A DNA stretch of 64,000 nt from Fonticula alba ATCC 38817 (taxonomy: Eukaryota > Protista > Nucleariida). Location of the stretch: the NCBI GenBank assembly GCA_000388065.2, contig KB932201.1. One strand, given 5' to 3'. Position 1 is the first letter of the stretch. Every line of letters starts with the position of its first letter. A model generated the notes under the pieces. It was not told the DNA's origin. It saw only the letters and a program-made list of their open reading frames with translations, and did not search any database. The position numbers and the translations under genes were made by a program. Shown piece by piece: positions 51,819 through 61,678 of this stretch.

Positions 51819-52534
51819 GCAGACACATGCGTCTCACCTTCCCGTGGCTAACGGCTTTGCTTGGCTATTTGGGTTTCTCTTCTTTCCTGCCAGGTCACCC
51901 GTCCTTCCGGCCAATCTGCATCATTGACAATGATTTGGTTCGCGACAACCACCGCGAGTACCTCTACCTGGATGCCATCCATTACATCAATAGCGTGCGT
52001 CCTGAGCCCTTTTCCTTGTATCCCCCCCCCCCCCCCTACCTTCGGCCACTTGTCCGTCCTCAGATCAAGACCGAGTCCCTTCAATGGCACTCGCCCATGT
52101 TGAATGACATTGCCGGGGTGCCGTACTGGTCGAAGGTGGCCTCCGGCATGGTGAAGATGTACAAGGCCGAGGTGCTTGGCAAGTTGCCGGTTGTGCAGCA
52201 CTTCCTCTTCGGCACGCTCTTGCAATTCCCCAACGCCCAGCAGGTGGATGAGCAGCGCGCGCGCGAGGTGGCCGAGGCCCGGGCCACGCTGGCCGAGAAT
52301 GCCGAGCGCTTCGGCCTCCCCGATGGCCAGGTGATGGCGCAGATCCTTGGGCCCGATGGCCAGGTCCGTCAAGTCCCCCTCCGGACCCCGGAGGAAACCG
52401 AGACCGGCCCGGACCACTACCACGACCCGGACAACATCTGTTGCTATCACCGTGTCCCATCGGTGCACGCGGCGGCCGCCGCCTCCGGGGGAAATGACCT
52501 CAGCATCAGTGACATTATCATTCCCTTTGATTGA
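50499..52534 (+). CDS. PTPA: PP2A phosphatase activator PTPA (Rrd/Ypa family, probably Rrd2-like)
   Basis: Multi-exon. Motifs are [67 protein letters not shown] and [23 protein letters not shown]. Confidence 0.95.
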
Positions 52535-52865
52535 TGCCCCCCCCCCCCCCTCCCCCCTCTCCCCCATGGCTCTGCCCTTCTCCCTCCCAGCATCCATGCA
52601 ACTTGCTTGGGCACAAATATCCACACTCAGACACGAGCCTCCATTTGCATCCGCCAGGCGGTTGCCTGAATGTGCGCTTGTCGAGACACCGGGCAGGGGC
52701 ACTTGGCGTGTGTATATATTCCCAACCTTTGGCCGGGGAGGCCCCCCCAGGGCGGGAGGAGAGGATGATACAGGGCGCAAGCGGAGCAAAAAAAAAAAAA
52801 AAGAAGAAGACTCCGGTCGACATCTGAGGTGTCCAGGCCGACATCGCGCACGGCTGTGCGCCGGC

Positions 52866-55107
52866 TCACCGACCAAAGGGCTTGTTCCCGGAGGTCGAGG
52901 TGTTGAGGAGACCCTTGAAGAAGTTGCCGAGGTTCTTGTTTGACAGAGGGCTGGCGGCCTGCTGTATGGGCGTTGGGATGGGGGCGTGGCATGACGTGGT
53001 GTGAGATGTGTGCAATGTGTACGATGAATGCACACCGGCGTGGGAGAGACAGGCAAGCTGCGGAGAAATGGGAAAGCCCAAACACAGCCCCAAGTCGGCA
53101 GGCATGTGCGGTGGGAATGGACACGTACGGATCCGGAGAAGGTGGAGTCCGGGGCCGGGCTGGCGGGGTCGGTGGTGGACCGCGGCGGCGCGGGCCGGCG
53201 GATCCCCGGAGACCGGGCACCATCCGGGTTGGCCATTTCGTCCGCAGCCGCGGCATCCCCGACCAGGGGGTCGGCGCCGGGCGTGGCCGCCAGCATGGCC
53301 GAGGGGGAGACATGGGACGGGCGTGCCGGACTGGCAAACCCCCCGGCAAGCGGGTCCGCCACGTCTGCCCCGCCGTCGGGTCCCTGGCTGCCGGGGTGCG
53401 AGAAGTCCACCACATTGGCCGAGGGGGCTGGGACTTGGTTCGAAAGGAAGGCATAAAATTCCTGCGTCGAGGGAATGTCAATGTCGAGCGGCACATCGGC
53501 CGGGTCCAGGGCGCTGGCGCTCCCGGCGGCCAAGGGCCCGACGGCCACCCCGCCCGGGCCCTTGACATGCCCGACCACCTGGGCAAAGTCCGCTTCCTGA
53601 TAGTTGGCGGCCGGGTGCTTCGGGTCCAGGCCCTCGCTCAGGAGGGCGATCTTGGCGGCGGAGTCCCAGCCGGCCGGGATGTACACCGTATCGCGCGACA
53701 AATTCGGCATGGAAATGAGCTCCAGAGAGCTGGTCGGCACGCCGAAGTTCACCGGCAGGAAGGACCCGGCCGTCAGACCGTGGCTGGCGAGGGTGAGGGC
53801 CACGCCGTCTTCGGACGGGGCGGCAGGGGTGTCGGCCAGGACGGCCGCCGCAGCCGCCGAGGCCTCGGCCCCGGTCGACCCAAACAGCTTACTCAAAACC
53901 GAGTGCTTGAAGAGAGCCAGATTGGATTGCTGCGCCGACGAGACATAGACCAGAGAAGCACCAACTAAAGGGGGGAGGGGAGCGGGCGGGCATGGCGTTG
54001 GCATGGTCGGGTGTACGTGCGCGCGCCAGTGGCGAAGCGAGAGAAGAAGGAGAAGAAGAAGAGGAAGAAGGAGAGGAAGAAGGAGAGGAAGAAGGAGAGG
54101 AAGAAGACAAGGAGCGGGCAGAGGAGGGAGCATCAGCAGTATGATCAAGGAGGAAGAAATGCCACAACCGAGGAGGTGAGCAGAGGGGACGAGCAAAAGG
54201 GGGCAGGACACTCCCGGCGTACATTTCAGACACAGCAGACGCAAGCGCTGCTGAATGAAGTCAAACTCAGCCTGGCGGAGCTCACGGCGCTGAATGAAGC
54301 CAGCAATGGCGTCGGCTTTGAGAACCACCACCATGAGCGATGCCCGGGAGGCGGGGCTGCCAATGGTGTCCTTCGGCAGGCCGAGCTCCTGGACCGTGGT
54401 GGTCAGCAAATCCAGCCACTGTTGGAGAGCGCTCTCCAGCGTGGCCGGAGACGACATGTCCAAAGCAATGACGATGGCCGTGCGCTCGACCATATCTCGG
54501 GTCAGAGCGAAGCGCAGCAGCGGCCCGAAGGAGGTAGCCCCTTCAAGCTGCCAGACGCCCAAGCGCCCGACGACGTCTGCAAAAGGGACCAGGGAGAGGG
54601 GCAGGGGGCCGGCAGCAGGGTGAGAAACCGAGTGGGCATGCACCATTGGGAAGTCCCCCCCTCCCGGCTTCTGGAAGAGGGGGGGGGGGGAAGGGACGCA
54701 CCATCGCCGTTCTCCTCGCGGACGTTGATGTAGTGGTAAGAAAGGGCCAGCTCGCTGGAGTCGGCCGAGATCAGCGCATCGCGCGGGTGCTTGACTGTCC
54801 CCTGACATGCGAGGGCCAAGTTCCGGAGGAAGGTGGATTTACCGGCCTTGCGATCGCCTGTGCAGTGTGTCGGCGCGGGGTCAGCGGGCGGGGGAGGCCG
54901 GAGGGCAGCCCGGGGGGCAGGGGGAAAAGGGGGAGAAAAGGAAAAGGGGCAGGGCACAGGGGGGCATCACGGACCGAGAACCAGGATGTTGCGAGTCTCG
55001 ACGGCGCGCGCGGCAGTCACATCCTCCAGTAGAGCCTGCCAGATATTTTCATCCGGCGATAGGCCCGCGCCGGTGGACTTCACCATCGGAGACGTCTTCG
55101 TCGACAT
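52866..55107 (-). CDS. DYNC1LI: Cytoplasmic dynein light intermediate chain
   Basis: Spliced segments read ENIWQALLEDV, NILVLGDRKAGKSTFL (P-loop), LSYHYINV, RLGVWQLEG, IVIALDMSSP, VVVLKAD, FDFIQQRLRLLCL, ASLVYVS and RDTVYIPAGWDSAAKI. The C-terminal helix reads LGNFFKGLL. Confidence 0.93.
54046..54106. repeat. Purine-rich 12-bp tandem (AGGAAGAAGGAG-like) in DLIC intron
   Basis: Read directly. Confidence 0.75.
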
Positions 55108-55488
55108 CTGGCAAGGCGGGTTAGGGAGAGGAGCAGCAGAGAAGGGGGGAGGGAGGAGGAAAGAGGGAGGGGGGGGGGGAGGGTGAGGCCCGGGGGAGAG
55201 TGGGGAGAGTGGGGAGGAGGGGGTTGCATGCCGGGTAACCTGCCTGACGCCCGACATCAGGCCCCTATCAAGAGGCCTTGGCAAGGGGCCGGCACCCGCA
55301 GTGGTTTCCCCTCCCCTTGCCCTGCCTCCCTTCCCCGGCGGACCGGTGTGTGCCTGTGTCCGGGAATCGGAATTCCGGTGGCTGGCGCGTTGTCAATCAT
55401 CGCCGCGCGTAGATGCTCCTCTGGGGAGGGCCGCGCGCCTCGGTTTGCCACTTTGCCTGACCGTTCTCCCTCCGGCCGAATTGGCTTT

Positions 55489-55490
<2 letters not shown>

Positions 55491-55540
<50 letters not shown>
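55491..55540. repeat. C50 homopolymer
   Basis: 50 consecutive C between the DLIC start and tRNA-Met. Confidence 0.9.
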
Positions 55541-55666
55541 ACGCCCGTCCCCCATGCCCCCACACCCTGGCCGCAGTCGCCGGGGGAATGTCACCAAACA
55601 TCCGTGGGCAAGGGGCCTGGGCGCGAATCCCACCGCACGGTCATGTGCCAATTGAAGGAGCGGAAT

Positions 55667-55740
55667 ACCATCATAGCTCAGTCGGTAGTAGCGTGGGATT
55701 CATAACCCCAAGGTCGTGAGTTCGAGCCTCACTGGTCCCA
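55667..55740 (+). tRNA. tRNA-Met(CAT), elongator-like, with mismatched acceptor-stem positions 1-3
   Basis: ACCATCA-TA-GCTCAGTCGGTAGTAGC-G-TGGGA-TTCATAA-CCCCA-AGGTC-GTGAG-TTCGAGC-CTCAC-TGGTCCC-A. The A and B boxes and the T arm are perfect, with T4 at 55747-55750. Only pairs 4-7 of the acceptor stem form. It also has A31:C39 and one extra D-arm base. Confidence 0.7.
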
Positions 55741-55816
55741 ACTATCTTTTGTGCGTCCATGGTGACCTGATGGTGTCGTTTTATCAGCCGACGGGCGGAG
55801 ACCCTGTTCCAGAGTG

Positions 55817-55888
55817 GTGGATATCGTATAGTGGTTAGTATAAGTGGTTGTGGCCCACTCGGCCCCAGTTCGATTCTGGGTATCCACA
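55817..55888 (+). tRNA. tRNA-His(GTG)
   Basis: GTGGATA/TATCCAC acceptor, AGTGG-TTGTGGC-CCACT anticodon arm and CCCAG-TTCGATT-CTGGG T arm, with A73 and a T4 terminator. Confidence 0.95.
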
Positions 55889-56311
55889 CGTTATTATTTT
55901 GGCCATCTATCCCCGCATCTCACTCTGGCGTCTACTGCCGTGTGTCGTGCGCGCCCGGATTTCCCCCCGTTGATCCACCTTGGGCCTGAGCCTTGGGGAC
56001 CAGGGCTGGTCACTGTTGTGGACTGGGGGTGGTCGTGGAGTTCCGTCGTCTCGGGACAGACGGGGGGGGGGGGGGGGGGGCGGAAGATCAAGCTTGAGGG
56101 GGAGACACAAAAAGGGCATGCCCTGGGCCAAAGCGTTCCTCTCGAGGTTCCTCCGGGGCTGGCCACGGATCTCTTCCTCTCCCTGCCTCCCTCCCTCGCT
56201 CCCTCGCTCCTAGCTGCCCCCTTTTTCCTCTTTGTCTGTTTCCCGAGCTCCTTCTCTCTCCCCCTCCTCTTACTCGCTGTTCCGCGCCGACTGCCCTGCC
56301 TCAGGTGCAAG

Positions 56312-57576
56312 ATGCTAAGCTCATGGACTTTGGGTTGGGTGCTGGCGCTTGCTGTGGTGCTTGTGGGTGCTGGTAGCTGGTCTCGGCGCCAGGGATACTT
56401 CTGTGTCTTTCCCGCCCGGGCTGGGTCGCCGCACTGGCATCACCGATGTGTGCCGAGCGACCGATCTGATCCCGGTGGCCCGCGGACCATCAACCTGCCG
56501 ACCGGCAACCGGCGAGTTATCAACATCCTCTCCCGCAGCAGCGAGACAGCCTTGCGCTTGCGTCGGCGGGTGGCCGACCGCCAGGCCGCTGCACCTCCCG
56601 ACACCGGGCGAGTCCTCCCCTTGGCCCTGCTGGTGGTGGCCCATCCGGATGATGAGTGCATGTTCTTTGCCCCGACATTGCTGAACCTCCTTCCGGCCTT
56701 CGAGATGGCCATCCTCTGCCTGTCATCCGGCAACGCGGATGGACTTGGCCCAACGCGTACCCGGGAAATGCTCCAAGCCTGCGAGCGTCTGGGTGTCGCA
56801 GCCGAGTTGGTTCATGTACTGGATGTCCCGTGCGTCGACCATCGCCCTCTTGCCGCTCCCCCTCCGAGGCTGTCCCCCTCTCGCATCGCCGTTCGCCCAC
56901 TCGCCCGGTGGCTTTCCATGTCGGTTCTAACGCCAGGTCCTCTGCCGCGCACTCCCATCCACGCCGGGGGGGGGGGGTCTTTCCCGATGCAGAGCTCTGC
57001 AAGATGGCCAACTGGTCGACTGGCAGCCGGCCGATGTGCTGCAGGCCATTGACACCTTCGCCGCCACGCGCGACATCGATCTGGTGCGTGCGGATGGCCA
57101 TCCGTCGGGGTAGAGCTCGCCAGCCAGCATGCTGATCCATTTCCCGCCACTCCCTTCTTCTTCTTCTTCTTCTTCTCGGCCAGATCATCACCTTCGACGA
57201 GCATGGCATTAGCGGGCACCGGAACCACGCGGCCATCCCCCAAGCACTGTTGGCTGCACGGCGTGGCGAGGTGTCCCACTCGGGGCGAGTCACCCACACG
57301 CCGGTCCTTCTGCTGGCCAGCCCGTCGCTCTTGGCCAAGTACCTGCCGCCAGCGCTGTCATCGTGGCTGCCGCCTCCCCGGCCTGCTCTCCCATCGGCCG
57401 GGGCTCTGTCCTGCCTTCCAGCCGGGCCCTTCCGCTTTGAACTTACCTGCGTCGGCGAGGCAACCGCCCAAGCGGCCATGCGCATGCATGCATCCCAGTG
57501 GAACTGGTTCCGGCGCTGGCTGTACTGGCCGCACTCGAGCCTGGTCTATCTCAACGACATGTACCTCCTTGAATGA
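56312..57576 (+). CDS. PIGL: N-acetylglucosaminyl-phosphatidylinositol de-N-acetylase (PIG-L/Gpi12)
   Basis: Three exons (approx. 56312-56830, 56993-57084 and 57184-57576). There is an N-terminal TM, then LLVVAHPDDECMFFAPT, LCLSSGNADGLG..R..E, LQDG..W, IITFDEHGISGHRNH and MRMHASQWNWFRRWLY. Confidence 0.94.
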
Positions 57577-58000
57577 AAGGGGCCTTTATCTCTTCCCCCC
57601 CCCTCCCTCTCCCTCTCCCTCTCCTCCTTCCTTTTGACCGCCACTGCCATTTTCAACGAGGGCCCAGGGGAGGGGACATGCATGCCGGCGGTGTGCTTGG
57701 CAACGCACGGCGAAGAGGCCATCCCGCCAAAACCAAACCCAAGGGAACCGAAGCAGAACATGAGTGGAAGTGAGTTTTCTATTGTGTGGAGGGAGGGAAA
57801 GAGCAGCGATGGGGGATGGACCTCAAGTCCCACATGGCAAGGGTAGCGACTCTCACCCCCCCCTCCCCCTCTCCCTATCTGTCCCCCTTGTGACAACTAT
57901 CATATGCTGTTGGCGCCCAAGGAGTGGAAAGGGAGAGAGAGAGAGGGAGGGAGCGGGAGAAAGAAAGAGAAAAAGGGCAGTTCGGTTGGATCTACCAGCC

Positions 58001-60745
58001 TCACAGGTTGATGGCCCGAGTGAGGGTGGCTGCGGCAGCGAGAACGGCCGCCTCACCGCCCCGACGACCGATCAGTTGCACACCGACCGGCAGGTCGACG
58101 GTCATGCCCTCCGGGTGGTGCCGGTCGACCGGGAAACGCGCGGTCCCAATGGGCACCGTGCATGCCGGCAGCCCGGCCAAGCTCGCCGGCACAGTGAATG
58201 CATCCTCCGCCGGGGTACCCTCATCCGGGCCCATGCAGACAGACCCGACCCCCGGGAGGTGCTGGGATGGCATCAGCGACGAGTCGCGCTCCGACTGGTG
58301 GATGTACATCATGCGCGGCGGGGCGCCGAGCACGGTCGGCACAAGCAGCACGTCAGCCATGCCGGCGGGAGCAGCATGCACGAGATGATCAGCTTCCGGG
58401 GCAAAGTCTGCAAAAGCTGCCGGACTCACGGAGCTGGGACAGAGGACCGCCGCGAATTCCTGGGAAATGGCTTCGCGGATGCGACTGGCCGCGGAGAAGG
58501 TTTTCTCATAATTGCTGCGCAGAAGACGGGGGCCCGGGAGGCAGTGGAAGAAGGAAAGCCCGAGCAGCGGTGCCGAGAGCCGGACCACAAATAGGCCAAA
58601 GCAGAAACAAACAGGCGGTAGATGTGAGGATGGGAAGGCAGGGGATATGCACCGAGGGCGAATGATTTCTCGACGAAAAGACGATACGAGGGGTTCTCCG
58701 CCCCCCCCCCCCCCCATTCAAAGGATTGCCAAGCATCGGCGCACCTGGATGACAGACAGTCCACGCCGGCCATGATGCGCGCGCGAACATTCCGCCCAAG
58801 GTAAGCCGACCGATTGTCCACTGGAATGCCGGAGCCCGGCACCGAGGAGCCAAAGCGGATCCCATCAAAGCGGGCCAAATCACTGGATGCCCCGGCCGCC
58901 GCCAGGACATAGTAGCTGGAAAGGCCATCGGCCGTGGTCGGCAGCGACACTGGCAGCACATCAGCCACCGGGACCGTGGGAAGGATCGCCCCGGGCTCCG
59001 GAGCCGAAGCCAGCCCGGTGGCGGTGGCGGTGGCGGCGGCCGCCCGACAGAGGATGTCGATGGCCGTTTGCAGAGCACCCGCCGCTTGCGGTGAAAGTTC
59101 ATCGGTGAGGTATTCCTGGCACACGGCGGCGGGAACACAGTCAGCTGGCAGGGGCAAAGCACGCGTCCAGGGAGCGATCGAGCAAACGCACATCCGGAAC
59201 CCCGAAGCGCAGGCCACGCTGACGCCAGGCCTCCGGGCCTGTGAGCAAGGAGGCCCCCCCGGCCGCATTCGCAAATTGCCAGGTCAGCGTGTCCGAGGGG
59301 TCGCGCCCGGCGAGAGACTCTACGCGCGAGGGGACACACGGGTCAGCAACAGCAGGCCCACTTTGCCGAAAGACCAAGCATCGGGGAGCACGCACGGTAG
59401 ATGAGTGCCACGTCGTCAATCGACCGGGCCAGGATGCCCGGACAGTCGAGGCCCGAAGAGTACGACACAAGCCCATGGCGGGAGAGACGCCCATGCGAAG
59501 GCTGATCGTCATGGCGGGGGGGGGGGGCCGTCAGAATAGGGGACAAGCCCGAGCGAGGGGGCGCCCATGGGCGGTCATGCCTCACTCTCCGTCCGTCGTT
59601 CCCTTCTCTTTTGAAAGTGGTGAGCGTACCTTGAAGCCGAAAAGACCGCAGAAAGCCGCCGGCATGCGAACCGAGCCGCCCGTGTCCGTCCCGATGGAGC
59701 TACATCGCACCCGCGGTGGAGAGGATCACAAAGCCATGCGTAGGTGGTCAGTGAATGCCCGGTGCAAGGGGGTATTGAAGAATGGCGTCCCCCTCCTGCC
59801 TGCCTGCCTGCCTGCCTAAGGGAGGGAGTGCCGCGCTTGCATGTAAAAAGGGACCCAATGGGGCCTGGGAAGCAGCCGGCCATCCGAGACACCCAACGAG
59901 AGGGGGAGAAAAAGAAAGAGGCAAACCACGCACAAGAGCGCCGCGCCAGTGCTCACGGACACAGCCGAGCCGGAGGAGCTGCCCCCAGGAGCGAAGAAGT
60001 GCTGGCGCATGGGCTTCAGCGGCAGAGCCGCCGAGGTGGCAGGCATATACTGGCCGTCGACCAGGCTGAGCACATGGGCGGGATGGAGGGCCGGGCCCTG
60101 GGCCGCCCAGAACCCGGCAGATCCCATGCCAAACTCGTCGAGGGCCACCTTCTCCAGCAGGGTGGCCCCGGCCCTGTGCAGGCGCTCGGCCACCGTGGCA
60201 TCGAAGGGAGCTCGATAATGGTCGAGCATGCGCGACCCGGCCGTGGTGCCGAGCCAGGTGCTTCCATCGGCCGACGTGGCGCTGGTGGTGGAGCTGGTGG
60301 CGAAATTGTCCTTCAGCGTGTAGGGAATATGAGCCAGGGGGCCATCAGCTCGGGAGCCGGCGAGCAGGTCGCGAATTGCCTGGGCCGTGCGATCGGCCAC
60401 GGAGAAGTTCAGAGCCGCGGCCTGGGCGCCGCGTTCATGGCAGGCCAGCAAAAGGGCCAGGCGCCGGGAGAGGGCCTCGGCCGCGGCCTTGGAAGACCCA
60501 TCACTCTCGGTGGGCGAGGACTGGAGGAAGCGCCGGGCATCGCCCACTGTCAGGACCCCAAGCGCATGTTCCATGTGATGGTCGCTGACGGTAGCGCGTG
60601 CGGCAGCCAGAGCCTCATCCGTGCCATGGCCGGTGGCGGCGGTGGTGGCGGCGGTGGTGGCAAAGGCCCGCGACAGAGGCCGACTGGCGGTGTCGGCAAG
60701 GGATCTCGAGAGGGGATGGCCGACGGCCCGGGCGAGCGTTGACAT
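58001..60745 (-). CDS. QRSL1: Glutamyl-tRNA(Gln) amidotransferase subunit A, mitochondrial (GatA/QRSL1/Her2)
   Basis: It has a presequence-like N-terminus and an amidase signature (LKDNF, TTAGSRML, LDEFGMGS, PGGSSSGSA, IGTDTGGSVRMPAAFCGLFGFK, GRLSRHGLV). The GatA-type motifs are YYVL, SSDLARFDG, RARIMAG, DAFTVPASLAGLPA and LPVGVQLIG. Confidence 0.85.
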
Positions 60746-61465
60746 CCGTGATGGGGAGCCTCGCAAGGGATGGTCTTGGCGAGAGGGGGAGGGGAGATGG
60801 CAGCACAACGATGGGGGGAGGAGGGGGGNNNNNNNNNNGGGGGGATGAAAGATGTCGCAAGCCAGAGCCCCGGCCAGGGCGGACTCATAGAAAGGCCAGT
60901 TCATTTCGTCGGAGTCAGGCTGTGTACGTGTGTGCGTGTGCGTGTGCGTGTGCGTGTGCGTGTGCGTGTGTGTGAGGGGGGAGGGGGAATCATCTCCGAT
61001 CAGCGTCCGAGCCCGTCCAAGGTGCACTCGCACAGAGACATACGCTCAGAGCTGGCCAGGGTGGAGCGGGGGCCACCCGAAGCGAGCAAGCACGCCAGGC
61101 GTCGAGGGCCGGCGCACAGGCCGAGGGGGTCCAGAGATCAGGGAAATGGCCCGGAACGTGCGCCGCGATCTGTGCGGTGGCCGCGGGGGCCTCCCCGCGT
61201 ATGGGTGCCAACGATCGAGACTTCCGTGGGCAGCCGGGCTTTCATGGCGATTTAGGATATCGGGCTGGTCTTTGTTCGGGCCCGCGGCCGCCGCCGTGCT
61301 GCTCCCTCCCACCTGAGAAGGGTAGGAGGAAGGGCAGGGGATCCCTGCGCGGCCGGGCCACCAGCATCCGGCGCTTGATTGAGTCGTCTTTCCCGGGCTG
61401 CGGTGGGACACACACACACACACGCGCGCGCGCGTGCTCCCTCCTCGTGTGCGTGTGTTAACACA

Positions 61466-61496
<31 letters not shown>

Positions 61497-61678
61497 GAAC
61501 ACACACGCGCCCACGCACACCCTGCATCTTTGAAGGGGGCCCGGCCTGTGAGCCAGCCGCATGTGCGACGGCTAGTTTAATCCGTCCCCTCCGCCACACT
61601 CTATCCCTCCCTCCTCCCTCGCCCCTTTTCTACCTTCCTTCCCCCCGTCTGCAGCCCGCCCGGCCCTGTTGATTGCCC

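Noticed and set aside
55661-55740. Alternative tRNA-Met fold pairing GG(AAT)ACCA with TGGTCC
   Set aside because: It needs a 3-nt bulge in the acceptor stem and a 5-nt connector to the D arm, which is incompatible with normal tRNA geometry.
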